Made by a program: the position numbers and the translations under genes. 64,000 nucleotides of DNA. Source: Betaproteobacteria bacterium. Its GTDB lineage: Bacteria; Pseudomonadota; Gammaproteobacteria; Burkholderiales; SG8-39. Location: the NCBI GenBank assembly GCA_022340285.1, contig JAJDOG010000010.1, forward strand, positions 11,624 through 75,623. The letters are read 5' to 3'. Within the stretch, counting starts at the first letter, position 1. Each line of letters starts with the position of its first letter. Positions 32,567 to 49,376 of this stretch are shown here, one piece after another. The notes below the pieces were generated by a model. The model saw only the letters and a list, made by a program, of their open reading frames with translations, searched no databases and had not been told where the DNA came from.

Positions 32567-33094
32567 ATGCGACTCCACCAGCTCAAGATCGAATACCGGC
32601 CGGAAGAGGACCGGATCCTGATGCGCCTCGCGACCGATACCGGGGCGGAGGTGCTGCTGTGGTTGACGCGGCGATGCATCGCGCGGCTGTGGCCCGTGCT
32701 CCTCAACATGGCCCAGGCGGTTCCCGAGGTGCAGCTCCAGCACAATCCCGAGGCGCGCAAGGCGCTGCTCGGATTCCAGCACGAAAAGGCGATCCGTCAG
32801 GCGAACTTCTCGAAGCCCTATGAGGAGTCGGAGCGGGAGCGCCCGCTCGGTGCGGAGCCGTTGCTCATTACGCGCATTCAGCCCCGGCGCGATCAGCAGG
32901 GCCGCAACGTACTGGGCCTGCTGCCGGCAGCCGGCCAGGGCGTACACATCACCCTGGACGAGAACCTGTTGCACGGGCTGATGAAGCTCCTGCAGAACGC
33001 GGTGAAGAAGAGCGAGTGGAGCCTCGATCTCGCGCTTCCCTCGGGCATGGCGCCCGTCGCCGACACAGCAGGCGGCCACCCCACGATAAATTAA
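32567..33094 (+). CDS. Conserved hypothetical protein
   Basis: Strong GC3 codon bias; N-terminal Y.PEEDRILMR...LWLTRR; no function recognised. Confidence 0.75.
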   Translation: MRLHQLKIEYRPEEDRILMRLATDTGAEVLLWLTRRCIARLWPVLLNMAQAVPEVQLQHNPEARKALLGFQHEKAIRQANFSKPYEESERERPLGAEPLLITRIQPRRDQQGRNVLGLLPAAGQGVHITLDENLLHGLMKLLQNAVKKSEWSLDLALPSGMAPVADTAGGHPTIN

Positions 33095-33126
33095 ACGTCC
33101 TTCGAGACGCTGTCTCGAAGCTGGCG

Positions 33127-35025
33127 CTATACAGCCTCATTACTGAGGTTTTCGAGCTCGGTCTGCAGCGTCAGCCATTCCGCTTCAACGGACTCGAGCC
33201 GCGCGCTGACACGAGCCTGCTCGCGCAAGGCGGCCGCGACCTGCGCCTGATCCGCGCCGTTGTAGAACGCCTCGGACGCGAGCTCGCTCTCGATGCGGCC
33301 CTTTTCAGCCGTGAGGTCGGCCATCTCGCGCTCGAGCCGCCCGATCCGGGTCACGATGGGCTTCTTCTTTTGTGCAAGCTCGCGACGCGCCTCGGCCTCG
33401 GCGCGCTTTTCGCTGCGACGCTCGTCGGCACGCGCCGAGCGCGCCTTGCCCGCCGTCGCGCGCGCGTTCAGCCAGTCGCGATAGTCGTCGAGATCGCCGT
33501 CAAAGTCCTGCACGCGTCCGCCGGCAACGAGCATCAGCGAATCGGTCGCGGTGCGCAGGAGGTGGCGGTCGTGGGAGACCAGCACCATCGCGCCTTCGTA
33601 TTCCTGCAGGGCGAGCGTGAGCGCTTCGCGCATGTCCAGATCCAGGTGGTTCGTGGGCTCGTCCAGCAGCAGCAGATTCGGACGCTGCCAGATCACCAGG
33701 GCGAGCGCGAGGCGCGCACGCTCGCCGCCCGAGAAGCGGCCGACCGGCGCCAAGGCCATGTCACCGGAAAAGTCGAAGCTGCCGAGGTAACTGCGCAGCT
33801 CCTGCTCTCTTCTCTCCGGATCGATGCGCGTCATGTGCTGGAGGGGACTTTCGTCGGCGCGCAGCTCCTCGAGCTGGTGCTGCGCGAAGTACCCGACGCG
33901 CAGATTCCTGCCTTCCCGACGATGACCGGCCCCCGGCGCGAGCCGGCCCGCAAGCAGTTTGATCAGCGTCGATTTGCCGGCGCCGTTGCGTCCGAGCAGC
34001 CCGATCCGGGCGCCGGCCGGAATCGTGAGCTTGATCGACTCGAGCACGGGAGGCCCGCCGTAGCCGACCGCCGCATCGTCGAGAACGAGAACCGGGTCCG
34101 GCCCCCCCGGGAAGTCACGAAAGTGAAACGTGAAAGGCGAATCGACGTGTGCCGGCGCGATGCGTTCCATGCGCTCGAGCGCCTTGATCCGGCTTTGCGC
34201 CTGCCGCGCCTTGGTGGCCTTGGCGCGGAAGCGCGTGATGAACCGTTCGAGGCGCTCGATCTCGCGTTGCTGCCGGGTGTAGAGCGCCTGCTCGTGAGCG
34301 AGTCGCTCGGCGCGCTGGCCCTCGTAGGCGGAGTAGTTACCGGGGGTCAGGCGCAGCCTTTGCTGCTCGAAGGAGAGAATGGCGCTGACCGTGGCATCGA
34401 GAAACTCGCGGTCGTGGGAGACAAGCAGCAGCGTCCCGCGGTACCCGGTGAGCCATCCTTCGAGCCAGACGATGGCGTCCAGGTCCAGGTGATTGGTGGG
34501 CTCGTCGAGCAGGAGCAGATCGGATCGGCACATCAGTGCGCGCGCGAGGTTCAGCCGCATGCGCCAGCCCCCCGAGAATCTGCGCATCGGCTGCGCGATC
34601 TCGTCCGGACCGAAACCGAGCCCGGCGAGGAGCGCAGCCGCACGCGCCCGTGCGGTATAGCCGTCGATCAATCCATACCGGTCGTGCAGATGGGCGAGGT
34701 GCTCCCCGTCGTTCTGCGCCTCGGCGGCCGCAAGGTCCGCCTCGACCGCGCGCAGTTCCGCGTCGCCATCGATGACGTAATCGATCGCCGGCTGATCGCT
34801 CGCGGGCGACTCCTGCGCGACATGCGCGACAACCCAGGACGACGGCACCTCGAGATCGCCGCCGTCCGGGTGAAGATCACCCGTGAAAAGGGCGAACAGG
34901 CTCGATTTGCCGCAGCCATTCGGTCCGACGACGCCCACGCGCTCGCCGGGAGCAATGCCGAGATCGGCGCCCTCGAGCAGCGGTTTCGCGCCGCGGCGGA
35001 GGCGCAGCTTGCGCAGGGTGATCAT
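33127..35025 (-). CDS. ABC-F family ATPase (YheS-like)
   Basis: Two ABC domains (GPNGCGKS/FSGGWRMR/LDEPTNHLD; GRNGAGKS/FSGGERAR), no TM, coiled-coil tail; start MITLRK. Confidence 0.92.
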   Translation of the reverse strand: MITLRKLRLRRGAKPLLEGADLGIAPGERVGVVGPNGCGKSSLFALFTGDLHPDGGDLEVPSSWVVAHVAQESPASDQPAIDYVIDGDAELRAVEADLAAAEAQNDGEHLAHLHDRYGLIDGYTARARAAALLAGLGFGPDEIAQPMRRFSGGWRMRLNLARALMCRSDLLLLDEPTNHLDLDAIVWLEGWLTGYRGTLLLVSHDREFLDATVSAILSFEQQRLRLTPGNYSAYEGQRAERLAHEQALYTRQQREIERLERFITRFRAKATKARQAQSRIKALERMERIAPAHVDSPFTFHFRDFPGGPDPVLVLDDAAVGYGGPPVLESIKLTIPAGARIGLLGRNGAGKSTLIKLLAGRLAPGAGHRREGRNLRVGYFAQHQLEELRADESPLQHMTRIDPERREQELRSYLGSFDFSGDMALAPVGRFSGGERARLALALVIWQRPNLLLLDEPTNHLDLDMREALTLALQEYEGAMVLVSHDRHLLRTATDSLMLVAGGRVQDFDGDLDDYRDWLNARATAGKARSARADERRSEKRAEAEARRELAQKKKPIVTRIGRLEREMADLTAEKGRIESELASEAFYNGADQAQVAAALREQARVSARLESVEAEWLTLQTELENLSNEAV

Positions 35026-35250
35026 TCGGGCGCGATTGTAGAAGCTATCGCGCAATCGCTCATGCGATGCGCTCGGGCGACGATGGGGTGTGATTCGCAG
35101 CTTGCCTCTGATATACTCCGCGCACTTTCGCTCGACTCCCTCCGGACTCCTATCCGCTTGCAGCTCATCTCTCTCGCGCTTTCGGACCACCCGGCGGGCG
35201 AAGAGCGTGTTGTCAGTGGTCAACTTTTCCAGTCCTTCTAGCCGTATTGC

Positions 35251-36663
35251 TTGTCTACATTTGCTGAACTAGGGCTCCTGCCGGAACTGCTCCGCGCCGT
35301 GAACGAGCAGGGCTACACGGAGCCGACCCCGATCCAGGCGCAGGCGATCCCAGTGATCCTCGCCGGCCGCGACGTCATGGGCGGCGCGCAGACCGGAACG
35401 GGCAAGACCGCCGGGTTTGCCCTTCCGACCCTCCAGCGTTTCGCTCCGCTGGCAAGCACCAGCACGTCGCCGGCACGCCATCCGGTGCGCGCGCTCATCC
35501 TCGCTCCCACGCGCGAGCTCGCAGTGCAGGTCGAGGAGAGCTTTCGCGAGTACGGCAAGTACGTTCCGCTGCGCACGACGGTGATCTATGGCGGTGTGCC
35601 GATCGAGCCGCAGATGGCTCAGCTTCGCCGCGGCGTAGAGATCCTGGTTGCGACGCCGGGCCGTCTGCTCGATCACGTGCACCAGCGCACACTCAATCTG
35701 TCGCAGGTCGAGGTCTTCGTGCTCGACGAAGCGGATCGCATGCTCGACATGGGATTCATCCCCGACGTGCGGCGCATCCTGACCCTGCTTACCTCGCGCA
35801 AGCAGAGCCTGCTCTTCTCGGCGACCTTCTCCGACGAAATCAAGAAGCTCGCCGACTCATTTCTGCGTGACCCGGTGCTCATCCAGGTCGCGCGGCGCAA
35901 TGCTGCCGCCGAGCTCGTCTCCCATCGCGTGCATCCGGTGGCGCGCGAGAAGAAACGCGATCTCTTGGTGCACTTGATCAAGTCGCGCAATATGAACCAG
36001 GTCCTGGTCTTCAACGCGACGCGGCTCGGAGCGAACCGGCTCGCCTACCAGCTCAACCGGGCCGGCGTGCACGCGGCGGCGATCCACGGCGACAAGACCC
36101 AGGCGGAGCGGATGCTGGCGCTCGACGAATTCAAGACCGGAAAGGTCGGCGTCCTCGTGGCCACCGACGTCGCGGCCCGCGGGCTGGACATCGAACAGCT
36201 TCCCTATGTCGTGAACTTCGAGCTGCCCAACTCGGCCGAGGATTACGTGCATCGCATCGGCCGCACCGGCCGTGCCGGCGCCGCGGGCCAAGCTATTTCG
36301 CTGGTATGTGCGGAGGAGACCGAGCGCCTCGCCGAGATCGAGCGAATGATCAAGGTGAAGATGGAGCGGGAGATCGTGCCCAGCTTCGAGCCGGCTGGTC
36401 GGGACGCGCCGGGTCTCATGGAGCGGCCCGCTCGCGAGCGCCGCCGCGGCAATGAGGAACCCAAGCTCACGCGCGGCAGACGCCCCGAGCGATCCGAACG
36501 TCCCGCGGCAAAGCCGGCCAGCAAGCCGGTCGATCCGATTTTCAGCAGGCCTTACGAGCCGGGCACGGCGCCGCCGCCGGCCGAGACCTCGAAGCGCGAG
36601 CCGCAGCGGCGCGAGCGACAGGTCGCCGCGCTGCTCGGCGGTTTCATCCGCAAGCCGGGCTGA
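35251..36663 (+). CDS. rhlE: DEAD-box RNA helicase (RhlE-like)
   Basis: Q motif PTPIQ, AQTGTGKT, PTRELA, DEAD, SAT, ARGLD, HRIGRTGR. Confidence 0.88.
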   Translation: MSTFAELGLLPELLRAVNEQGYTEPTPIQAQAIPVILAGRDVMGGAQTGTGKTAGFALPTLQRFAPLASTSTSPARHPVRALILAPTRELAVQVEESFREYGKYVPLRTTVIYGGVPIEPQMAQLRRGVEILVATPGRLLDHVHQRTLNLSQVEVFVLDEADRMLDMGFIPDVRRILTLLTSRKQSLLFSATFSDEIKKLADSFLRDPVLIQVARRNAAAELVSHRVHPVAREKKRDLLVHLIKSRNMNQVLVFNATRLGANRLAYQLNRAGVHAAAIHGDKTQAERMLALDEFKTGKVGVLVATDVAARGLDIEQLPYVVNFELPNSAEDYVHRIGRTGRAGAAGQAISLVCAEETERLAEIERMIKVKMEREIVPSFEPAGRDAPGLMERPARERRRGNEEPKLTRGRRPERSERPAAKPASKPVDPIFSRPYEPGTAPPPAETSKREPQRRERQVAALLGGFIRKPG

Positions 36664-36666
36664 GCG

Positions 36667-37428
36667 CTACACGCACCGCGCGCCGTCGACCTCCACGCAT
36701 ACGCCGCTGACCATTGCGGCCTCGTCCGAGGCGAGATAGAGACAGGCATTCGCCACGTCGAGCGGGGTCGAGAAACGCCCGAGCGGGATCGTCGCGAGAA
36801 AGCGTGCCTTGGCCTCCGGCGTCAGCGCACCGCCGGCAAAATCAGCTGAAAGCGCGGTTTCCGGGCTGAACACCGGATTCACGCAGTTCACGCGGATCTT
36901 GTCGGGCCCGAACTCCGCGGCCATCGACTTGGACATGTTGATCACCGCGCCCTTGGAGCTGTTGTAGACCGTGAGCCCCGGTCGCGGTCGCACCCCCGCG
37001 GTGGAGGCGATCTGGACGAAGCAGCCGCCGCCCTGCTTACGAAACACCGGGATGCAGTGCTTCGCCGAGAGGTAGATGCTCTTGACGTTCACCGCGTAGA
37101 CCTTGTCGAATTCCGCCTCCGTGCACTCCAGCATCGGCTTGTTGCGGTGTGTCCAGCCGGCGTTGTTGACGCACGCGTCGATCCGGCCGAACTTCCCGAC
37201 GCCCTCGCCGACGATCTTCTTCCATCCCGAGTCGGTCGCGACATCGGCCTGCACGAACAGCACCGCGCCGCGACTCTGGCGGATGGCGCTCGCAACGCGC
37301 TCACCCGCCTCGGCGCTGAGATCGTTGACGACGACTTTGGCGCCTTCTTCGGCGAACCGCTTGGCGATCCCCTCGCCGAATCCTGAACCTGCACCCGTGA
37401 CGATCGCAACCTTGCCCTCGAGTCTCAT
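36667..37428 (-). CDS. SDR family oxidoreductase (FabG-like)
   Basis: TGAGSGFG, NNAG, YNSSK catalytic YxxxK. Confidence 0.92.
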   Translation of the reverse strand: MRLEGKVAIVTGAGSGFGEGIAKRFAEEGAKVVVNDLSAEAGERVASAIRQSRGAVLFVQADVATDSGWKKIVGEGVGKFGRIDACVNNAGWTHRNKPMLECTEAEFDKVYAVNVKSIYLSAKHCIPVFRKQGGGCFVQIASTAGVRPRPGLTVYNSSKGAVINMSKSMAAEFGPDKIRVNCVNPVFSPETALSADFAGGALTPEAKARFLATIPLGRFSTPLDVANACLYLASDEAAMVSGVCVEVDGARCV

Positions 37429-37471
37429 AGCGCCTCCTAGAACTTATCTCGACGCGATTTCGAGAGAGATT

Positions 37472-39692
<2,221 letters not shown>

Positions 39693-39728
39693 GCTGTCCT
39701 CCGGGGCGTGTCTACCGGCTCCTTCAGA

Positions 39729-40952
<1,224 letters not shown>

Positions 40953-41195
40953 TCATTGCAGCGGCGCGCCGGGCAAGTTTTGCGACAGCGCCAGCGGATC
41001 GCCGCACTGCACGCGTTCGCGATCGACGTTCGCGATCGATCACGCGAGTGCACGCGGCGCCGATTGCGGCTCACACGCGCAGAGCGCGATTCTTGCCGCC
41101 GCTTGCGGAGCGTCGCTAGCACCGCAGGTGAATGGCCGGGCTGTTCTGTTACCATAGTCCATCGGGGACGATGGGCGCCGAGAGGGGAGAGCAAG

Positions 41196-41879
41196 ATGGC
41201 GGGTCCTGCCAGCGTTTCAACTCTGTTGCTCCGCAATGTTCCACTCTTCGCAGTGCTGCCGGAAGCCCAGTTGAGCCTGCTCACACGGGTCGTCGGGCGC
41301 AAGTCCTACCCGCGCGGCTCGACGATCATCGCGGCGGGCGATCCCACCGACGCCCTCTACATCGTGATCTCGGGCCGACTGAAGGTCATGATGAGCGACG
41401 ACGAGGGCCGCGAAGTGATCCTGGCGATTCTCGGCCAGGGCGAATTCTTCGGCGAAATGGGGCTGGTAGACGACGAGCCGCGCTCGGCCACCGTGATCGC
41501 CATCGAGCCCTGTGAGCTCCTGACCATCGCACGCATCGACTTCAAGAAATGCCTCGCCGAGAACTTCGACATCGCAATGGGCGTCATGCGCGGCCTGGTG
41601 AAACGGCTGCGCGAGGCTGACCGGAAGATCGGCAGCCTGGCGCTGATGGACGTCTACGGTCGCGTCGCCCGGCTGCTCATGGAGATGGCCGAAAGCGTGG
41701 ACGGCCAGATGGTCGTCACGAAGAAGCTGCCCAAGCAGGACATCGCCAAGATGATCGGCGCTTCCCGCGAGATGGTGAGCCGCGTGATGAAGGATCTCCA
41801 GACGAGCGGCTACATCGAGGTCCGCGCCGGGGCCATATTCCTGCACGACAATCTCCTCGTGCAGGACGCGCGCGCCTGA
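41196..41879 (+). CDS. Crp/Fnr family regulator, CRP-like
   Basis: cNMP pocket FFGEMGL...RSATV; HTH GASREMVSR; no N-terminal Cys cluster. Confidence 0.9.
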   Translation: MAGPASVSTLLLRNVPLFAVLPEAQLSLLTRVVGRKSYPRGSTIIAAGDPTDALYIVISGRLKVMMSDDEGREVILAILGQGEFFGEMGLVDDEPRSATVIAIEPCELLTIARIDFKKCLAENFDIAMGVMRGLVKRLREADRKIGSLALMDVYGRVARLLMEMAESVDGQMVVTKKLPKQDIAKMIGASREMVSRVMKDLQTSGYIEVRAGAIFLHDNLLVQDARA

Positions 41880-41979
41880 CGATGCGCGGCCCGGCGCCGA
41901 GCTTCTTCTGGCCCCGGACCGCCACGCCGAGTAGAATCCCTCCCCGGAAGTACCTGCCGGAACCGTTCCGGCAGGTATT

Positions 41980-44262
41980 GTGCCGTCTGCCTTTGACGTG
42001 AAAGCGAGCCAGGCTCCACTGCCCGGAAAAGTCGCCGCGCTCCTGCGCGAATCCCGCTGGTTCGTGCTGATCGCCGCGGCGCTCTATCTCGCGCTGATTC
42101 TCGTCACGTTCAACCGCGCCGACCCCGGCTGGTCGCACAGCGTCGCGGTCGACCGCGTCCACAACGCCGGCGGCCGGCTCGGCGCCTGGATCGCTGACGT
42201 GATGCTGTACCTGTTCGGAATCTCGGCGTTCTGGTGGGTGCTGCTCCTGGTGTACGCCGTGATCTGGGGCTACCGGCGGCTCGACGGAACCTCGTTGAGC
42301 GATCAGCGGCCGTTCCTCGTGGCGCTCGGCGGCTTCCTCGTGATGCTGATCGGCAGCGTGGGCATCGAGGCACTGCGGTTCTGGTCGATGAAGGTCAGCC
42401 TGCCGCTTGCACCGGGCGGCCTGTTCGGCGCGGCCATCAGCGAGGTCGCGCTCGCCACGTTCGGGTTCACCGGGGCGACGCTCGTCCTGCTGACGCTGTT
42501 CGCGGTGGGGCTCTCGCTCTTTACCGGGCTTTCCTGGTTCACGGTCATGGAGCGCATCGGCGCCGGCGTCGAGTGGCTCTACGCGAAGGTGATCGAGCTT
42601 CGCGAGCGGCTCGCCGACGAGCGGCTCGGCGAAGCCGCCGCCGAGGAGCGCGAGGCGCTGGTCGAGGCCGAGCGGCGCAAGGTCGACGACCACGAGCCGA
42701 TTCGCATCGAGGCCCCGGTCGTGCAGATACCGAAATCCGAGCGGGTGATCCGCGAGCGGCAGGCCCCGCTCTTCCAGGATCTGCCCGACACGCCGCTGCC
42801 GCCGCTTGCGCTGCTGGACGAGGCGGCCGAAGACCAGGAGGCGATGAGCGCGGAGACGCTCGAGTTCACCTCACGCCTCATCGAGAAAAAGCTGAAGGAT
42901 TTCGGTGTCGAAGTGAGAGTGCTCGCGGCCTATCCCGGCCCGGTCATCACCCGCTACGAGGTGGAGCCCGCGGTGGGCGTGAAGGGCAGCCAGGTCGTCA
43001 ACCTCGTGAAGGATCTCGCCCGCGCGCTCTCGGTGATCGCCATACGCGTGGTCGAGACCATTCCCGGCAAGTCGTGCATGGGGCTCGAGATTCCGAATCC
43101 GCGGCGCCAGGCGGTGCGACTCACCGAGATCGTCGGCTCGAAGCAATATCACGAGATGCACTCGCCGCTCACGCTCGCGCTCGGCAAGGACATCGCCGGC
43201 AACCCGGTCGTGGTGGATCTGGCGAGGATGCCGCACCTGCTGGTGGCCGGGACGACCGGATCCGGCAAGTCGGTTGCGCTGAACGCCATGATCCTCTCGC
43301 TCATCTACAAGAGCGAGCCGCGCGACGTGCGCCTGATCCTGGTCGATCCGAAGATGCTGGAACTGTCGATCTACCAGGATATTCCGCAGCTGCTCGCCCC
43401 GGTGGTCATCGACATGAAGCAGGCGGCCAACGCGCTGCATTGGTGCGTCGGCGAGATGGAGCGCCGCTACAAGCTGATGTCCTGGCTCGGGGTGCGCAAT
43501 CTCTCTGGTTACAACCACAAGATCGCGGATGCCGAGAAGCGCGGCGAGAAGCTCGAGGATCCGGCCACGATCGGCACCGAGGACCCGCTGCCGCTCGCCA
43601 AGCTGCCCTACGTGGTGGTGGTGATCGACGAGCTCGCCGACCTCATGCTGGTCGCGGGCAAGAAGGTCGAGGAGCTGATCGCCCGCCTGGCGCAGAAAGC
43701 GCGCGCGTCGGGCATCCACCTGATCCTTGCCACCCAGCGCCCGTCGGTGGACGTGATCACCGGGCTCATCAAGGCGAATATCCCCACGCGCATCGCGTTC
43801 CAGGTCTCGTCGAAGGTCGACTCGCGCACGATCCTCGACCAGCACGGCGCGGAGGCGCTGCTCGGCCAGGGCGACATGCTGTACCTGCCGCCCGGCGCAG
43901 GACAGCCGATCCGGGTGCACGGCGCCTTCGTGGCCGATCATGAAGTCCACGAGGTCGTCGATTACCTGAAGGAGCAGGGCGAGCCCGATTACCTCGAAGG
44001 CCTGCTCGAAAATCCCGACGAGATGACCGTGCTCGCGGGCGGATCGAGCGAGGGGAGCGAATCCGATCCGCTGTACGACCAGGCGGTGGAAATCGTGGTG
44101 CGCACGCGCCGCCCATCCATCTCGCTCGTGCAGCGGCACTTGCGCATCGGGTACAACCGGGCGGCGCGGCTCATCGAGCAGATGGAGCACGCCGGCCTCG
44201 TCTCGCCGATGCAGGCGAACGGCAATCGCGAGGTGATCGTTCCGAACCGGGCCGAGGCCTGA
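41980..44262 (+). CDS. ftsK: DNA translocase FtsK
   Basis: N-terminal TM domain, [29 protein letters not shown], gamma domain RIGYNRAAR. Confidence 0.97.
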   Translation: MPSAFDVKASQAPLPGKVAALLRESRWFVLIAAALYLALILVTFNRADPGWSHSVAVDRVHNAGGRLGAWIADVMLYLFGISAFWWVLLLVYAVIWGYRRLDGTSLSDQRPFLVALGGFLVMLIGSVGIEALRFWSMKVSLPLAPGGLFGAAISEVALATFGFTGATLVLLTLFAVGLSLFTGLSWFTVMERIGAGVEWLYAKVIELRERLADERLGEAAAEEREALVEAERRKVDDHEPIRIEAPVVQIPKSERVIRERQAPLFQDLPDTPLPPLALLDEAAEDQEAMSAETLEFTSRLIEKKLKDFGVEVRVLAAYPGPVITRYEVEPAVGVKGSQVVNLVKDLARALSVIAIRVVETIPGKSCMGLEIPNPRRQAVRLTEIVGSKQYHEMHSPLTLALGKDIAGNPVVVDLARMPHLLVAGTTGSGKSVALNAMILSLIYKSEPRDVRLILVDPKMLELSIYQDIPQLLAPVVIDMKQAANALHWCVGEMERRYKLMSWLGVRNLSGYNHKIADAEKRGEKLEDPATIGTEDPLPLAKLPYVVVVIDELADLMLVAGKKVEELIARLAQKARASGIHLILATQRPSVDVITGLIKANIPTRIAFQVSSKVDSRTILDQHGAEALLGQGDMLYLPPGAGQPIRVHGAFVADHEVHEVVDYLKEQGEPDYLEGLLENPDEMTVLAGGSSEGSESDPLYDQAVEIVVRTRRPSISLVQRHLRIGYNRAARLIEQMEHAGLVSPMQANGNREVIVPNRAEA

Positions 44263-44303
44263 CCGGCGTCCTCGATGGGCGTAGGGAACGCTGGGGAAGA
44301 TCC

Positions 44304-44918
44304 ATGAGGGCTTTCGCACTGCTCTGTCTCGCCGCGCTGATGCCCGGTGTCGCTTGCGCCACCGCGCTCGAGCGCCTCGAGCAGTTCATGAGCCAGACGC
44401 AGTCCGCGCGCGGTGAATTCGAGCAGCGTATCTACGACCGGAACCGCCGGCTCATCCAGCAGTCGAGCGGAACGCTTGCCTTCCTGCGTCCGGGCAAGTT
44501 CCGCTGGAGCTACGCGAAGCCCTATCCGCAGCTCATCGTCGGCGACGGCGAGCGCGTCTGGATCTACGACGAGGACCTGCAGCAGGTCACCGTCCGAAAG
44601 CTCGACGCCGCGCTCGGTGCGACGCCGGCGGCGCTGCTTGCCGGCAACAACGATGCCATGAAGGCGTTCGACCTTCGCGACGACGGTCGCGAGGGCGATG
44701 TCGAATGGCTGATCGCGACACCCCGCAACAAGGAGTCGAACTTCGAGCGGATCCGCATCGGATTCAGCTCGGCCGGGCTGGCGCGGATGGAGCTCATCGA
44801 CGCCTTTGGACAGACGACCGACCTGCGCTTCATCGCATTGGACCGGACGCCCGGTCTCGACCCCGGCCTGTTCCGGTTCGTTCCCCCTCCCGGCGCTGAC
44901 GTCATCGGCGATCGCTGA
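44304..44918 (+). CDS. lolA: Outer membrane lipoprotein chaperone LolA
   Basis: RPGKFRW.Y, QLIVGDG, WIYD.DL.QVT, TPAALL; ftsK-lolA-rarA-serS synteny. Confidence 0.94.
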   Translation: MRAFALLCLAALMPGVACATALERLEQFMSQTQSARGEFEQRIYDRNRRLIQQSSGTLAFLRPGKFRWSYAKPYPQLIVGDGERVWIYDEDLQQVTVRKLDAALGATPAALLAGNNDAMKAFDLRDDGREGDVEWLIATPRNKESNFERIRIGFSSAGLARMELIDAFGQTTDLRFIALDRTPGLDPGLFRFVPPPGADVIGDR

Positions 44919-44939
44919 TCAACGGTCAATCCGCTCGCC

Positions 44940-47622
<2,683 letters not shown>

Positions 47623-47640
47623 GGCGCGGGAGGGCTTGCG

Positions 47641-48381
47641 ATGGCGAAAGCCACCTGGCGGATCGCACCCCAGGGCGACAGCTGCCTGATGGTGGAGTTC
47701 GGGCAGAAGATCGATCGCGAGACGAACCTTCGCGCCCGTGCGCTCGCGCAATACCTGGTCGACCATCCTCTGTCCGGTGTGGTCGACGTCGTGCCGGCAT
47801 TCACTTCGGTGGCGGTTCACTATCGGCCCGAAGCGTTCGCCGAACCGGCTGGAACGGCGTTGCCGTACGAGCGGCTGGCAGCACACGTCGAGCAAGTGCT
47901 GCAGGCAGGGGTCGAACGCCAAGCGCCGGAACCCCGCCATGTGGAGATTCCCGTCTGCTACGGCGGCGAGTTCGGCCCCGATCTCGAGGAGGTCGCGCGG
48001 GCACGCAAGCTGGCACCGGACGAGGTCGTGGCAATTCACTCGCAATCGCCGCACATCGTGTACATGCTCGGCTTCGCGCCGGGATTTCCCTACATCGCGG
48101 GGCTGGACGAACGCCTTGCCATGCCGCGGCGGGCCACACCCCGGCTGAAGATACCGCTGGGAACGATCGCGATCGCAGGTGGGCAGTCGGTGGTGTACAC
48201 GCTCGAGACGCCGGGAGGCTGGAACCTCATCGGGCGCACGCCATTGCGCGTCTTCACGCCGGAGACAGATCCGCCGTGCCTGCTTCGTCCCGGAGACGCG
48301 GTGCATTTCGTGCCGATCACGCTCGCGCAATACAAGGCGCAGTGTGATGCCGGCCAGGATGCCGCTGCGGAGCGCGCTTGA
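47641..48381 (+). CDS. pxpB: 5-oxoprolinase subunit B
   Basis: DVVPAF.S, IPVCYGGEFGPDL, LGFAPGFPY, TPGGWNLIGRT. Confidence 0.9.
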   Translation: MAKATWRIAPQGDSCLMVEFGQKIDRETNLRARALAQYLVDHPLSGVVDVVPAFTSVAVHYRPEAFAEPAGTALPYERLAAHVEQVLQAGVERQAPEPRHVEIPVCYGGEFGPDLEEVARARKLAPDEVVAIHSQSPHIVYMLGFAPGFPYIAGLDERLAMPRRATPRLKIPLGTIAIAGGQSVVYTLETPGGWNLIGRTPLRVFTPETDPPCLLRPGDAVHFVPITLAQYKAQCDAGQDAAAERA

Positions 48382-49376
48382 GCGTCGAGGTGATCCGGCC
48401 TGGCCTGCTGACAACCGTCCAGGATCTCGGCCGGTTCGGCTATCAGCGATTCGGCGTGGTCGCAGGCGGCGTCATGGACAACTGGGCCCAGCGTCTCGCC
48501 AACGCGGCAGTGGGAAACGATGAGCGCGAGGCGACGCTCGAGATCACCATGCAGGGGCCCGTGCTGCGCTTCGGCGAACCGGCGCTGGTGGCGGTCTGTG
48601 GCGCGGATCTCGCGCCGCGCATCGGCAGCGTTCCGTTTCCGCAAGGCCGACCGGTGCTTGTGCGCGCAGGGGCCGTCCTCGAATTTCGCGCGGGTGAACA
48701 GGGGTGCCGCGCGTACCTCGCAATCCGCGGAGGGTTCCGGGTGCCGGTCGTGATGGGCAGTCGCAGCACCTACATACGCGCCGCCCTGGGCGGTCTCGAA
48801 GGCCGCGCGTTAAAAAAGGGAGACCGGTTGCCGGTCGACGCGTACGCGCCAGGCTGGTATCCCGAGCTCGACCGCGCGCTCGACGAAGCCAAGACCCCTT
48901 TCGCGGCGCCGCGCTGGTCGGTCGGATTCACGGCCGTACCGGCGAGCGCACGCCGCGTGCGCGTCGTCGCGGGCCCGCAGTGGGATCTCTTCTCGCAGGA
49001 GACGCGCGAGCTCTTTCTCGGCACGGAGTTCGGCATCAGCGTCAACTCCGATCGGATGGGCTACCGGTTGACAGGTGCCATGCTCAAGCTCCGACGCCCG
49101 GCCGAGATGATCTCGGAGGCCGTCACGTTCGGCACCGTCCAGGTGCCCCCGGACGGCAATCCGATTATCCTGATGGCCGACCGTCAGACGACCGGTGGCT
49201 ATCCGAAGATCGCGCAGGTGGCTGCCGTCGATCTGCCACGGCTCGCGCAGGCGCGCCCGCTCGAGCGCTTTGCCTTCGAGCTGGTGACGCTCGCCGAGGC
49301 GCAACAGGCTTACCTCGCGCGCGAGCGCGAGCTCGCGAAGATCCGCGAGTCGATCGATTTCCAGCGGAGGCAGTGA
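48378..49376 (+). CDS. pxpC: 5-oxoprolinase subunit C
   Basis: PGLLTTVQDLGR.G, RAYLA..GG, GSRST, DRMGYRL, QVPPDG.PI, DRQTTGGYPK. Confidence 0.9.
   Translation: MSVEVIRPGLLTTVQDLGRFGYQRFGVVAGGVMDNWAQRLANAAVGNDEREATLEITMQGPVLRFGEPALVAVCGADLAPRIGSVPFPQGRPVLVRAGAVLEFRAGEQGCRAYLAIRGGFRVPVVMGSRSTYIRAALGGLEGRALKKGDRLPVDAYAPGWYPELDRALDEAKTPFAAPRWSVGFTAVPASARRVRVVAGPQWDLFSQETRELFLGTEFGISVNSDRMGYRLTGAMLKLRRPAEMISEAVTFGTVQVPPDGNPIILMADRQTTGGYPKIAQVAAVDLPRLAQARPLERFAFELVTLAEAQQAYLARERELAKIRESIDFQRRQ

Noticed and set aside
33016-35241. 741-aa plus-strand ORF, and similar long ORFs at 6152-7888, 10193-12391, 22847-24826, 46459-48414 and 60937-62934
   Set aside because: Antisense or off-frame shadows of well-supported genes, expected in high-GC DNA; no recognisable motifs
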